Shown: piece after piece, positions 1 to 14,593 of the stretch
Position numbering within the stretch: position 1 is the stretch's first letter
Layout of the letters: every line of letters begins with the position of its first letter
From: Hormiphora californensis
Taxonomy: Eukaryota > Animalia > Ctenophora
Direction of reading: 5' to 3'
NCBI GenBank assembly: GCA_020137815.1
Contig: CM035359.1
Coordinates: 6,386,001 to 6,450,000 of the forward strand
DNA: 64,000 nt
Program-made: the position numbers and the translations under genes
Notes under the pieces: model-generated
Told to the model about the DNA's origin: nothing
The model's database searches: none
Seen by the model: the letters and a program-made list of their open reading frames with translations, nothing else

Positions 1-1827
1 GTGCCCCGTATATCGGGCTAAAATACCGCTGATTTCCTATCCTGGGGAATTTTAATAAATCGGGGCAGTCCGCACTCCGCAGTAAACACGTTAAAACGAT
101 TGAGAAACGCTGAAAATTCAAAATCCACCGAATACTTGACTGGGAACGAATAGCTTCCAGGGAGGGGGAGGCTCTATGAGGAGCTGACACCTGTGCAGTA
201 TCTGCACAAAGAGGATTACAAGATTACAAGATTATAAGAAGAATACAAGAATCGAATAAAAGAATGGAACACGACTGTGCGGGTGTACCAGTATGAGCAT
301 ACTCGGAAATGTTCAGGTCGAGCACATGAAGGTCGAGCACAAGGTCGAGCACAAGGTCCGGTCAATGTCAGCACTTTTTTTCGCGCTGCGGCTCAACGGC
401 GGTTCAACGACGCGCAGTGGTCACGTGACTGGTCAGACCTTGTGCTCGACCTCGTGCTCGACCTTTCATACGACGTGCGCGCCGTGAAATCTCGCGCGAA
501 ATTCCCACAGAGTTGATCTCCGCGTCAGCCGTTTCTCCCATCAAGTCACAGACAAACAGACAAACATTCGCGCCCTGGCGTCAATTTACCAGGGCAGACG
601 GCAGCTTGCTGATGAACAAAAACATGACATGCCATTACCAAACAATGTTTGAAACTTTGAACCAGTAGCATCTTCCTTTTTTCGCCAGTGTAGGGAGTCA
701 AATTATAAACATCTTTTAGTTTTTTAAATAAGGTAACAAAATTAAAAATATGATAATGAATAGCATGGTAATCAGGCAATTGATAATTATAAATATAACA
801 CACAGATCCGCATTTTTCACATAAATTATGGGAACTATCAGTATCAGTTTCTCAGCTATTGAGAGAAAATTGTTGATTAGCCGCATAATTAACGAGGAAG
901 CTGTGTTTTCTCCTTCCGGCCGGATCTGAACCACTGACCAGCTTTATGAAATGAGTACTAGAGTATTCGACGGGTTTTAATTTTGATATCATGTTGTAGA
1001 ACGTAGTGTTGTTCTACAATAAAACCCTATTCAGTTCGTATCCCGACCAAAAGGAGAAAACACAACTTTTACAGTTACTTTACACCCATGAAATCGACAT
1101 GTCCTCTCACCTCGACAGCTCATCACAGCCACAATCAAAGCCCGTATGTCGTATGACTCTTCTTATAAGCATATAAGTATTTTAGAATATAGAGTCCATG
1201 GCCTTTTTATGGTCTTTGTAGAGTCAAATCTTTATTAATACCAGATCCAATGTCATCGTAAGTCAGAGCAGCCACGTCATTACGCCAATAATTGATAAGC
1301 CGGCTTCATTAGACACTAGCGATCCCCTTGCACTGTACTGCACTTGCACTTGTAGTCCTCTATTTATATATTTTGTAGTCCTCCACATATAGTTTTGCAC
1401 TAGCAGCTCCTTCAGTTACTGAAATGGAAAAAACAATTTACAATTTAAGTTTACAATAACAGTAACACAGTTATAGTGGATAGTCCTAACATAAAAATTA
1501 TGGTACAAACACACCCGTACACTTGCTCCCTTTTCAAAGAAATATCCCCAATAACAAATGAAAATTTCATTTGTTATAGGGGATATTGATATTTTTATTT
1601 ATAAACCCGAATAAGCTAGATAACTCGGACAGTAACAACATTACTATCTTTTCAGTGACAATTAATGTATTGACACAGTTATAAACACACACACATACAC
1701 ACGTCACAGTTCTAGTTATGCATGTCACAGCTATGAATGAAGGAAGCCGGTCAGTGGGGAATACTGACGTACGCATTGAAGTGAGAGTGGACAGAAGCAG
1801 AATTGGAGAAGCTTGATTGAGGTAGTA

Positions 1828-1978
1828 AAGTCGGATTTTTTGAAGTTGTCACCCCAAAATGACCGCACATGTGAAATTTATCAATTTTGATGCGCACACC
1901 ACACGTTAACATGTGATGTGACGCGCAAAATCATTCCGCGCACGAAACGGGGGGTGACAACTTCAAAAAATCCGACTT
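1828..1978. mobile_element. 151-bp MITE (AAGTCGGATTTTTTGAAGTTGTCACCCC TIRs, TA TSD) nested in an older MITE
   Basis: The opposite arm of the host element shows the empty site GTAGTAGAGC. A near-identical inverted copy is at 53967-54117. Confidence 0.85.
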
Positions 1979-3437
1979 TAGAGCATATAACTTTCCGAGT
2001 ATTTTCCATCCAGGTTCACTGTTCGGGCATACACGCCCAGTGCCCACAGAACATAGCGAGATAGAGTTCCAGCCCCCTGGTAACAAATATAATAGAGCGA
2101 GGAATGTATCTTTTCAGAGCGGGAAAAGTGAAAATACTCGGAGAGTTCTGCTCTACTACATCAATCAAGCTTGTCCAATTCTTTTTCTGTCTACTCTGAC
2201 TTTAACGAGACTTTAACGAGACTTACCAATTTCTATCGCACAGGGTTAATCGTGTACTGGTCCTGGGCTTTTTGTCAGCTTTGTGCTTGTTATGAGGCGA
2301 TCCCATATACTATCTGGTCATATTCCAAACAAATAGATATCACTGTCTCGACCCTGCATGAGGAGAGAATATATCAGTAGTCAGTACAAAGGATGGGAGC
2401 AGGTTTAGGGACATCCAACATCTATTTAGTTTTTTATCGGTTGTTGGGACGTGGAGAGGTAGGGCCTAATGAAGAGATTAGATATCAGTACGGAGGTTGG
2501 GAGCAGGTTTTAGGAAATCCTACATTTATCTACTGTCATCATCTTTTTAGATATACCTTACTCTCGATTTTTAAGAAACGCTTTAGTGAGAAACTTTTTT
2601 ATAAGAAACTTTTCAAATGTAAATCACACAATTCAGAGACACCACAACAAAATAGAACACCCCCAACTTGTTTAGTTTCTTGATAATAGAAGAAATTCTT
2701 GATAATAAAAGAAATTCTTTTTGTTTTTGGATTGCTTACACTTGAAGTTTCCTAGAAAAAAGTTTCTTATTGAAAAGTTTCTTGAAATATGAGAACTTAA
2801 TTAACGAGAGTAAGGTTTTCTCCGCTGATGTGGGGTACTGGGTAGGGCCTAAATTAGATCGCCTAATTTAGAGATTATGTTAAGGTGGTTGTGTGGTGAC
2901 GTATGGGTGAGTATAGTTTACTGGTTTAGGGAATAGGGTACACGAGACAACTACAGGTTTACAGCAAGGTGAAGGTAATCTTGCTATCACAATCGGGTAT
3001 CCGTGGGAAAGTCAAGGAGGATAGCTTGGCGGTGCAGGGGAGGTAGGGGTCTTCGTTCCGCTATAGGGATGGTGTGGGGTAGTAGCGGATCGGTCCTCTT
3101 CCCAGTTCTTCATCTCGGTTATATAGTGCAGTGCCTTGTTTCCTCTGTCATCACGATAGACATAACAAAGATCGTAGGTTAAACATCTGCTCGTTCTTGC
3201 TTGACGTAGGTGCTCCTCGAGGTCATAACAATCTCCCGATATCATCGTAGCCATCCTGTGGTTTCCCCGGCATGATGTAATCTCTCCGCGTACATGAAGA
3301 AGTCAATGTGAAGGAATCATGATATAACAATTACAAATCAGTTCATGGTGACCCACACATGCTCACCCTTCACACAGACACCCCACAAAAACATCCACTA
3401 CTACCACACCCCTCCCCCTCCCTTCCCAAACCCAGAA

Positions 3438-3686
3438 TCTCCATCTCTCCATCTCTCCATCTCTCCATCTCTCCATCTCTCCATCTCTCCATCTCTCCAT
3501 CTCTCCATCTCTCCATCTCTCCATCTCTCCATCTCTCCATCTCTCCATCTCTCCATCTCTCCATCTCTCCATCTCTCCATCTCTCCATCTCTCCATCTCC
3601 CCATCTCCCCATCTCTCCATCTCTCCATCTCCCCATCTCCCCATCTCTCCATCTCTCCATCTCTCCATCTCTCCATCTCTCCATCT
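3438..3686. repeat. (TCTCCATC)n 8-bp minisatellite (duplicate at 6954-7202)
   Basis: About 30 direct copies; it is the source of the ERWRDGEM ORFs. Confidence 0.95.
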
Positions 3687-4926
3687 CTCTGTTATATATA
3701 TTGTTATATATTGCATACGTGAGAGATACAGATGGGATGTGGTAGTGACTAGTGGTAGTTCCCGAGAGAGCATGCAAGAATCGGATGATCGATAGAGAGA
3801 GAGAAAGAGAGATTATATCGAGTTTATCTTGTTCCTATTTCACTTCTGTCATTTCCCCAACCATTACGTTAGTGGTGCACTGTTAGCTCTCGCCACACTG
3901 AGCCAACTTGTTTTGAACTTTGTCCCTACCCCGGAAATGGATTTACAAGGTTGCACACCACTCCTGTAACATATCTCCATCTCTCCATCTCTCCATCTCT
4001 CCATCTCTCCATCTCTCCATCTCCATCTCTCCATCTCTCTATCTCTTCATATCCATCTCTCCATCTCCATGCAAAACGCACATTCACGACTAGAGACAGA
4101 TAAACGTAATTGAAGCGAAGAAAAGAAATGGTAGTTGGGTGGCGCCGTTGTTGGGACAGCTCTGCTTCCCAGCTGTTCGACACAGGGAGGACTCTCTCCA
4201 TCTCTCCATCTCTCCATCCCTTAATCTCTAAATCTCTCTATCCCTCTATCTCTCTATCTCTCCATCCCTTAATCTCTCAATCTCTCTATCTCTCTTATCT
4301 CTATCTCTCTATCTCTCTATCTCTCTATCTCTCTATCTCTCTATCTCTCTATCTCTCTATCTCTTCATATCCATCTCTCCATCTCCATGCAAAACGCACA
4401 TTCATGACTAGAGATAGATAAACGTAATTGAAGCGAAGAAAAGAAATGGTAGTTGGGTGGCGCCCTTGTTGGGACAGCTCTGCTTCCCAGCTGTTCGAAA
4501 CAGGGAGGACTCATGAAGAAAAGAAAGCCAATTAGACATAAATGGGTGATTCAAAGATGACGTCCACTGTCCAGGAGTAGGGGAGGGGCCAGGGGGAGGT
4601 AGCCGGCGGACCTTACCTGGAGTTATGACTAAAGTCAAAGATATAATTTTAGTGAATATCCTCAAGCTGCTCCATCATGATAGTAAACACCTCCAACTGC
4701 TTCTGGGATTGTAGTTTTACTAATTTATCCTGTTTTTTTCATTTTTACAAACATCCTAAATGGAAAGGGTGGCTTTAACATCGGTAAGCGGTAAATGTTA
4801 GGCCCTAACTTGGTATAGGGCGTTCTGGTACATTTAATATGGTAAACCTCAACCCAACCCAATCGACAACCGGCCTAACAGAGGTCAGGGACATGCAAAA
4901 GATAGAGAGGGAGGGAGGGAGAGAGA

Positions 4927-5000
<74 letters not shown>

Positions 5001-5136
5001 GACAGAGAGAGGTCGTTGGTCAAGCACGAGATCAAGTAAGAGGTCGAGCACGAGGTCGAGCACAAGGTCAGCACAAGGTCTGGCCACGGTCGTGGAGAAG
5101 GTCTGCGATGAAATGAACAGATTCCAGACGTTTTAA

Positions 5137-5365
5137 AGTCTGATTTTAAGTAACTGTCGTTTTTACCGCACTCGATTTTGCTCTATTATTACAATAACTC
5201 CGGTTCCTGATGAGATAAAGACTTGAAACTTGGGGGTTGCGAAGAACATGCTAAGTTCTTCCTAACCTCCAAATTTCAAGTCTCTATCTTATCAGGAACT
5301 GGAGATATTGTCATAATAGAGCAAAATCGAGTGCGGTAAAAACGACAGTTATTTAAAATCAGACT
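5137..5365. mobile_element. Kolobok-like palindromic MITE (duplicate at 8650-8878)
   Basis: TTAA|AGTCTGATTTTAA…TTAAAATCAGACT|ATAA, with ~110-bp arms. Confidence 0.65.
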
Positions 5366-6092
5366 ATAATCTATTTTTCAAACTCGCGCGGCTCATCAAT
5401 GTGACTTACCTGATTTTGATTTGCGCGTGACTGTGCACTACCTGTGTTCTCGACCTGTGCACTACCTGAACATTTCCGAGTATGCTCATAGTGTTAGGGC
5501 AGTGCTTGATGTCATGAAATTTTACAGTAGATAGATTTTCAGACTCTACTAGGTAACAGCTGTCCATTGAGCCCAAGATTAGCTTCCAACTCCCATGGCA
5601 AGCTTTGCATTTTTGCATGACAAAATTAACACGTGACAATGACGAAAATGGTCACATGTCAAAGATTCCCTATTTCCCATCTTGAAAAAAATGTGTGCAG
5701 CACACAAATGCTCACAATGCGAGCAAATAAACTTTTCCCATTGCTAGTTGTCACGTTTTAGCCGCCCATACTTCCCCGCCTTTAATTTGTCTGGTTTCTG
5801 AGTTCCCACCGATGAATGAGACGGAACCCATATAAATTAGACCTTCTCACAGATAAGGTCACTTTGGGTAATGTGTTACCAAATACACCATTTAATTGAA
5901 ACGAACGGACAAACAAACGCGGAGCAGATTTTCGCTTATTTTACCTGCACACACTTGCTTACAGCATAAATATACAATTTGAACTAATAAGCGTATGAAG
6001 TTATGTTACTAATTACTGACCGAATCAGTTTTCAATTGAGTCGCTGGACACTATCTGCGTGAAAGAAAGTATGAACAATTCAAGTTTTCAAA

Positions 6093-6123
<31 letters not shown>

Positions 6124-8439
6124 TCGTTAAGACTTTTCAAATGTAAATCACACAATTCAGAGACACCACAAAAAATAGAACACCCCCAACTTGTTTAGTT
6201 TCTTGATAATAGAAGAAATTCTTGATAATAAAGAAATTCTTTTTGTTTTTGGATTGCTTACACTTGAAGTTTCCTAGAAAAAAAGTTTCTTATTGAAAAG
6301 TTTCTTGAAATATGAGAACTTAATTAACGAGAGTAAGGTTTTCTCCGCTGATGTGGGGTACTGGGTAGGGCCTAATTAGATCGCCTAATTTAGAGATTAT
6401 GTTATGGTGGTTATGTGGTGATGTATGGGTGAGTATAATTTACTGGTTTAGGGAATAGGGTACACGAGACAACTACAGGTTACAGCAAGGCAAAGTAATC
6501 TTGCTATCACAATCGGGTATCCGTGGGAAAGTCAAGGAGGCTTGGCGGTGCAGGGGAGGTAAGGGTCTTCGTTCCGCTATATGGATGGTGTGGGGTAGTA
6601 GCGGATCGGTCCTGTTTCCAGTTCTTCATCTCGGTTATATAGTGCAGTGCCTTGTTTCCTCTGTCATCACGATAGACATAACAAAGATCGTAGGTTAAAC
6701 ATCTGCTCGTTCTTGCTTGACGTAGGTGCTCCTCGCGGTCATAACAATCTCCCAATATCATCGTAGCCATCCTGTGGTTTCCCCGGCATGATGTAATCTC
6801 TCCGCGTACATGATGAAGTCAATGTGAAGGAATCATGATATAACAATTACAAATCAGTTCATGGTGACCCACACATGCTCACCCTTCACACAGACACCCC
6901 ACAAAAACATCCACTACTACCACACCCCTCCCCCTCCCTTCCCAAACCCAGAATCTCCATCTCTCCATCTCTCCATCTCTCCATCTCTCCATCTCTCCAT
7001 CTCTCCATCTCTCCATCTCTCCATCTCTCCATCTCTCCATCTCTCCATCTCTCCATCTCTCCATCTCTCCATCTCTCCATCTCTCCATCTCTCCATCTCT
7101 CCATCTCTCCATCTCCCATCTCTCCCATCTCTCCATCTCTCCATCTCCCCATCTCCCCATCTCTCCATCTCTCCATCTCTCCATCTCTCCATCTCTCCAT
7201 CTCTCTGTTATATATATTGTTATATATTGCATACGTGAGAGATACAGATGGGATGTGGTAGTGACTAGTGGTAGTTCCCGAGAGAGCATGCAAGAATCGG
7301 ATGATCGATAGAGAGAGAGAAAGAGAGATTATATCGAGTTTATCTTGTTCCTATTTCACTTCTGTCATTTCCCCAACCATTACGTTAGTGGTGCACTGTT
7401 AGCTCTCGCCACACTGAGCCAACTTGTTTTGAACTTTGTCCCTACCCCGGAAATGGATTTACAAGGTTGCACACCACTCCTGTAACATATCTCCATCTCT
7501 CCATCTCTCCATCTCTCCATCTCTCCATCTCCATCTCCATCTCTCCATCTCTCTATCTCTTCATATCCATCTCTCCATCTCCATGCAAAACGCACATTCA
7601 TGACTAGAGACAGATAAACGTAATTGAAGCGAAGAAAAGAAATGGTAGTTGGGTGGCGCCCTTGTTGGGACAGCTCTGCTTCCCAGCTGTTCGACACAGG
7701 GAGGACTCTCTCCATCTCTCCATCTCTCCATCCCTTAATCTCTAAATCTCTCTATCTCTCTATCTCTCTATCTCTCCATCCCTTAATCTCTCAATCTCTC
7801 TATCTCTCTTATCTCTATCTCTCTATCTCTCTATCTCTCTATCTCTCTATCTCTCTATCTCTCTATCTCTCTATCTCTTCATATCCATCTCTCCATCTCC
7901 ATGCAAAACGCACATTCATGACTAGAGATAGATAAACGTAATTGAAGCGAAGAAAAGAAATGGTAGTTGGGTGGCGCCCTTGTTGGGACAGCTCTGCTTC
8001 CCAGCTGTTCGAAACAGGGAGGACTCATGAAGAAAAGAAAGCCAATTAGACATAAATGGGTGATTCAAAGATGACGTTCACTGTCCAGGAGTAGGGGAGG
8101 GGCCAGGGGGAGGTAGCCGGCGGACCTTACCTGGAGTTATGAGTAAAGTCAAAGATATAATTTTAGTGAATATCCTCAAGCTCTTCCATCATGATAGTAA
8201 ACATCTCCAACTGCTTCTGGGATTGTAGTTTTACTAATTTATCCTGTTTTTTCATTTTTACAAACATCCTAAATGGAAAGGGTGGCTTTAACATCGGTAA
8301 GCGGTAAAAGTTAGGCCCTAACTTGGTATAGGGCGTTCTGGTACATTTAATATGGTAAACCTCAACCCAACCCAATCGACAACCGGCCTAACAGAGGTCA
8401 GGGACATGCAAAAGATAGAGAGGGAGGGAGGGAGAGAGA

Positions 8440-8513
<74 letters not shown>

Positions 8514-9604
8514 GACAGAGAGAGGTCGTTGGTCAAGCACGAGATCAAGTAAGAGGTCGAGCACGAGGTCGAGCACAAGGTCAGCACAAGGTCTGGCCAC
8601 GGTCGTGGAGAAGGTCTGCGATGAAATGAACAGATTCCAGACGTTTTAAAGTCTGATTTTAAGTAACTGTCGTTTTTACCGCACTCGATTTTGCTCTATT
8701 ATTACAATAACTCCGGTTCCTGATGAGATAAAGACTTGAAACTTGGGGGTTGCGAAGAACATGCTAAGTTCTTCCTAACCTCCAAATTTCAAGTCTCTAT
8801 CTTATCAGGAACTGGAGATATTGTCATAATAGAGCAAAATCGAGTGCGGTAAAAACGACAGTTATTTAAAATCAGACTATAATCTATTTTTCAAACTCGC
8901 GCGGCTCATCAATGTGACTTACCTGATTTTGATTTGCGCGTGACTGTGCACTACCTGTGTTCTCGACCTGTGCACTACCTGAACATTTCCGAGTATGCTC
9001 ATAGTGTTAGGGCAGTGCTTGATGTCATGAAATTTTACAGTAGATAGATTTTCAGACTCTACTAGGTAACAGCTGTCCATTGAGCCCAAGATTAGCTTCC
9101 AACTCCCATGGCAAGCTTTGCATTTTTGCATGACAAAATTAACACGTGACAATGACGAAAATGGTCACATGTCAAAGATTCCCTATTTCCCATCTTGAAA
9201 AAAATGTGTGCAGCACACAAATGCTCACAATGCGAGCAAATAAACTTTTCCCATTGCTAGTTGTCACGTTTTAGCCGCCCATACTTCCCCGCCTTTAATT
9301 TGTCTGGTTTCTGAGTTCCCACCGATGAATGAGACGGAACCCATATAAATTAGACCTTCTCACAGATAAGGTCACTTTGGGTAATGTGTTACCAAATACA
9401 CCATTTAATTGAAACGAACGGACAAACAAACGCGGAGCAGATTTTCGCTTATTTTACCTGCACACACTTGCTTACAGCATAAATATACAATTTGAACTAA
9501 TAAGCGTATGAAGTTATGTTACTAATTACTGACCGAATCAGTTTTCAATTGAGTCGCTGGACACTATCTGCGTGAAAGAAAGTATGAACAATTCAAGTTT
9601 TCAA

Positions 9605-9783
<179 letters not shown>

Positions 9784-11529
9784 GATTGATGATGCCACAC
9801 TATATCGTACACACATACACACACACTATATAGTATATATAAAAAATTGGTGAGGTAGCTATAAATTGTTTGTTTGAATGTTTGATTGTTTGTTTGTCGA
9901 GGAACCTCATAGCTGGCTTGGATCCATCGCATCCTATTCTCGCTCCGCGAATAATAGGATCCCGGTCCGTTGAGAGCAAGAACTCACGTGCGCGCGATAT
10001 TAAAGCACGTTTTCAGCAGATCGCGCGTGATAGACCGTTTTTGGAGACCTTTTTAGCTGACCTAGCACTACTCAAAGGTCAATTATGGCCTCATTTCGCA
10101 TCGTGATGAATCGGCGGGTATTTTCCCATACTCACAAGGCCATGACGATTCCCCCAGTACCCGCAGATTGTCCCAGGACCGAGTAGGAGCTTGCAGCCAG
10201 GTCTTTAAAGAATTGCTCATGTTTAACGTCAATTTTGACCCACTATTCCTCAAATGCTGATACTCGCGGGTATTTTCCGTAAAACTAGAGACAATTATCT
10301 GCCAGGAGCAACAAACGAGATGCAAATCGGTTCGGTAGTTCCTTGCAGCCAGGTCTTTGAAAAAGTTTGCTCTAAAATCAATAACGCGCCGGAGGCCTAG
10401 ATGTGAGATCGATCTCGGTCGCTGCGCGACCTCGATCTCACTCAGGCATCAATGTGGCCAAATAGCTGGCCAGGCATGTAGGGAACGTTTTGAAAGTGGT
10501 GGGGCCAAATTATTTTGGGTCACATGATATTACATACATCGACTTTTCTATTGCAAATTTGTATAAATATAAAGCGAACTCGAGATTTCGGCCGTTAGGC
10601 CGGAAACGAGAGTTTGCTGTACCTCTATACTCTGTGTTAAGGCCGTTATTTGGGTTCGAGGTTAGGGGTTAGGGTAAAGGTTACGGTTAGATATAGAGTC
10701 CTCCTTGGGTTTAGATATAGAGTCCGCCTACCTTCCACTACATGCGTGTAGCTGGGTCAGGGTGCATGTGTGATGTCTCGCCACGGAACCCAAACTGCAT
10801 CATATCCGAAGCTGAAGTGTGAGTTTTTCGAAGAAGGGAGAGACACGGCGTGCATACTGCATAGAGAAGATTGTGAGAGAGCCTGAGACCACAACCTGAT
10901 CCAAAAGGTCCCCAATCCCCTTTGAGACTCAACCCTGAGTAAGGTGTCAACTCAACAAGACTCAAGGGACCAAACTGGCTGAAATAATAACCAGTACTGT
11001 TGTCAGGTTGGTCGGCCTGACAATATCCGGGTATCCTTCTGCCTCTGGGAGCTTGGGGACGCTGGATATATTATCACATATATGAAATATCACAGTATTA
11101 TGCTGACATATTCTCACTTCTTGGAGCGGTAAGACAGAGATTGTCGAGTAAGGGGGAAGACAACAAGACAGAGCTGTAACAGATTGTTGAGTTACTCAAC
11201 AAGTAACAGATAGAATGCTAGGATGGTAAAGAGGAGTAGAATGGATCGCTGCAGAAATGAGAATAAAACTACATGTTGCAGCTGGCCAGCTGGTGCTGTC
11301 AAAGCATTGGCCTGACCCTATTCGTGCGAGAACTGTGGTCAGTTGTTGATTAAGTACTCAAAACAAGTGGTCAGAGCATTGGCCTGACAAAGCTGGAGTT
11401 AGTGGTCCACTGGCCCCTCCCACAAATCAGAATCCCGATATCTGTTGAATCATTGTGCTGACATTTGTTGAGTAAGGTTGTTTTTTTGTTGAGTAAGGGA
11501 GAGTATTGGTTCTCAACAAGTTGTTAGGG

Positions 11530-11610
11530 GTGACTCACATCTCTGGCCACTAAACCCTGGCTTCTAGTAGTACTAGAAGCCAGGGTTTAGTGGCCAGAGA
11601 TGTGAGTCAC
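11530..11610. repeat. Perfect palindrome, 40-bp arms, 1-nt spacer
   Basis: GTGACTCACATC…CTTCTAGTA-G-TACTAGAAG…GATGTGAGTCAC. Confidence 0.95.
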
Positions 11611-12531
11611 TCTAGTACTACAACTCTAGCTAGTAGCCACAGTGGTACACAACTCTGGCTACAAATAGAACGACCCCGCCTATTCTATGTATGAAATAGA
11701 AAACCGTATTTCCGACTCATTATGTGATAGGTAGCTAGGTACATGCAATATGCATTGATACTCGCTGGATAAATGATAAGTTGAGAACATATACCAATAC
11801 CATGCATTTGCCAGACCAACCCCAAGGAATCAAGCCACCCCCCTCATAACACCTAACAGCAGTAACAGCACACTCCACAGTTCCACACCTTACTTGTTGA
11901 GTAACTACACTTTACAGCAATATTTGCAAACCTAACAACACTCGTCACTCGCAAAGTCAGGCGTGCCGTCAATCTCGAATAGTATGAATATTATTCAAAC
12001 TGGTATTGAGAATGCGAGTTACAATTTTGAAGATTACCATCTCAGCTCTCCTTGCTCGACAACTGCAACCTTTGTGACAAGACCCAATTTCCAATCAAAT
12101 GTAACTATTATATGAGCGTGTGCGCGATCTAGATGGGGTTAGGAGTCCTAACTTAGGACTTAGGAGTGCAATGCAGTCGGACCCCGAATTGCCGGCCCCG
12201 ATTTCCCCAAATATAGGTAGGTATTTGGCCCAGATATACAGAGAACCCCGATTTACCAGACATAACCCCAAATCGTGGTCCGACTAAACTTTAGTTTGTA
12301 TTTTAGTGTTCATGTTACAAAATCAAACAACTCATTTTGATTTAAAAAAAAGTATTATAGTCATAATGCTGACACATAAACAAAATTCGATAACATTGTT
12401 TCACTCATTTAACGTATATACCTCTTCTGGTTATAAATTAAACTGTTACTGTTTTAGAGCCAGAGATCACAGAAGTGCAGTAATAGTAATACTAATAGAA
12501 CTGTATTCTAGTGTGTTCTAGAGCTTAAAGT

Positions 12532-12993
12532 GAGAGTGGACCGGATCAGAATTGGACAAGTTTGTTGTAGGTATAGTAGAGATTAGCTTTCTGAGTATTT
12601 TGCGTTTTTGCCGCTCAAAATCGACCCACCCATCAATGAGATAGTTTTGTTATGTTGGGAGAATTCCTGCTGGATCAATATTTATCAAACAGGATAGAAA
12701 CAATCCTTGTGTTTTACTAACACATTCTTTAAATTTTTAATATGCTGGCTTGCATTCCCCTGCTTCTGTGCATGGACATGTCAACCTCGCTTATATTCAG
12801 AATGTGTTAGTAAAACACCACGATTGTTTCTATTCGGTTTTATACATATTGATCCAGCAGGAATTCTCCCAACATAACAAAAATATATCAGTGATGGGTG
12901 GGTCGATTTTGAGCGGCAAAAACGCAAAATGCTCAGAAAGCTAATCTCTACTACCTACAACAAACTTGTCCAATTCCGATTCGGTCCACTCTC
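12532..12993. mobile_element. Foldback MITE, GAGAGTGGACC…AATTGGACAAG family (related copy ~1782-2197)
   Basis: Near-complete inverted repeat with GAGAGTGG…CCACTCTC termini. The TSD is not clear. Confidence 0.7.
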
Positions 12994-13053
12994 ATATCCC
13001 CATACTAAAAATAAAATGTTATCCTAGCTAAGTGCAACCATACGTACTTAAAG

Positions 13054-13188
13054 TACTGGTTACAGTGCTGATGTAGTACTAGAACCCCAATGCAAATGAT
13101 GGTCAAAGTACGTCAAAGTACTACTTTGACGTACTTTGACCATCATTTGCATTGGGGTTCTAGTACTACATCAGCACTGTAACCAGTA
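13054..13188. repeat. Perfect palindrome, 67-bp arms, 1-nt spacer
   Basis: TACTGGTTAC…CAAAGTA-C-TACTTTG…GTAACCAGTA. Confidence 0.95.
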
Positions 13189-14325
13189 TACGGTCACAGT
13201 ATGGTTACATTTAGTCAAACTCACAGAATGGTAAAAGTTTGATCCTTCTCAAGTAAAAATTTAATTATGTTCGTCAAATGAAAGTAAGATTTCACAAATA
13301 TAAATAGCACTATAAGAATAGAATTTTAGCAAAATGTGAAGATCCTGAATGAACCTGTAGCCCAAAAACCTCCTTTAACATTGAGCACTTATGCCTCAGA
13401 TCCATGTCGTGTAATCTGATTAAATAGAGAGATCAAACTTTCGTAATATGTTTATTTGACGATTTTAAACTTTTGGCTGCTTTGTCTGGTAAAAACATAT
13501 TTAATTTCTTCGCAAATTGGTGTTTGCCTAACTGGGTCGAGTTTAGCCATTTTCTCCATAAAGGATCACATATCCGGCGTGTAAGAGAATACCAGATAAG
13601 TGATCTTTGATGGCGAGAATGGCTAAATCCGATCTAATCAGAGCAAGTGTACCTAACTAAAAAAGTTATCTCCAAACAAAGCGGCCCAAAATTTACCGTC
13701 AAACAAACATATATGTTGTGAGGTTTGATATCTATCTCACCAGGTTTCAAAGATCTGAGGCATGAGCGCTCGAATTTAAAGAATGCTTTCGGGCTACAGG
13801 TTCATTGAGGAATGTCTCATTTTGCTGAAATTCTAGGACAATAAATGACAAATAGCCATTTACTTTGTCCTGAAATTTCTGAGCAAAATATTCACAACTT
13901 TTGACGATATGACACTCTCAGTCATTTAAAACACACAAAACTCATATTTTCTTTTCTCGAGTCTCAGTTGGACTCCAACTTGGAGCAAAAGTCTTTTTGT
14001 TCATATGATATAGTTGGGCTTTCAAATTTACTGGCTCGAAACAGTTGTAGACCAAAACATGAAATGGTGCTAACAGAAACAGTGTAGTATAAATTGGTTT
14101 GTTGATCCTAAAGAACAGACCATCCATTTCGTCCAATCGTCCATTGACATGTCTTATAAACCACCTGAAACAATAGGGAGGTCAAAGCTTGTTTCAGTTT
14201 AATATTGTAAATTCATAGCAAAAATCCCTTTCAAAAGAGATATTATATTATAGATCATACAAACATAATGCATTATACTTATATTCCTTTATAAACACTT
14301 GTGTTTCATTTTGTAATGCATTATA

Positions 14326-14496
14326 CAGTCGGACCCCGATTTAGGGGCCCCCGATTTAGAGGCACCCCGATTTAGTGGCAGAATTTTTTCCCCCGATATA
14401 GGAAATTAACCTTATTTGACCCCGATTTAGTGGACACCCCGATTTAGTGGACAAGAGCCTTTCCCCCGAGGGTGCCCCTAAATCGGGATCCGACTG
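14326..14496. mobile_element. Tc1/mariner(pogo)-type MITE, CAGTCGGACCCCGATTTA family
   Basis: TA|CAGTCGGACCCCGATTTAG…CTAAATCGGGATCCGACTG|TA with internal CCCCGATTTAG repeats. Related copies at 1-76, ~12174-12284, ~35186-35268, 60595-60709 and ~61047-61095. Confidence 0.85.
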
Positions 14497-14593
14497 TATA
14501 TGTAATAGGATACATTTGATGTGTATAATTCGTATGAAACCTAATCGAAATACCGTCTAAAAACCAATCACATCCATTGAACAATTATAGTGG

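Noticed and set aside
3345-3777. ERWRDGEM / SPSLHLSI repeat ORFs (also 6861-7293)
   Set aside because: An 8-bp minisatellite that is open in several frames on both strands.
13942-14164. Minus-strand exon-like ORF (WFIRHVNGRLDEMDGLFF…)
   Set aside because: It has an acceptor and a stop, but no recognisable domain or partner exon, so it is not called as a gene.
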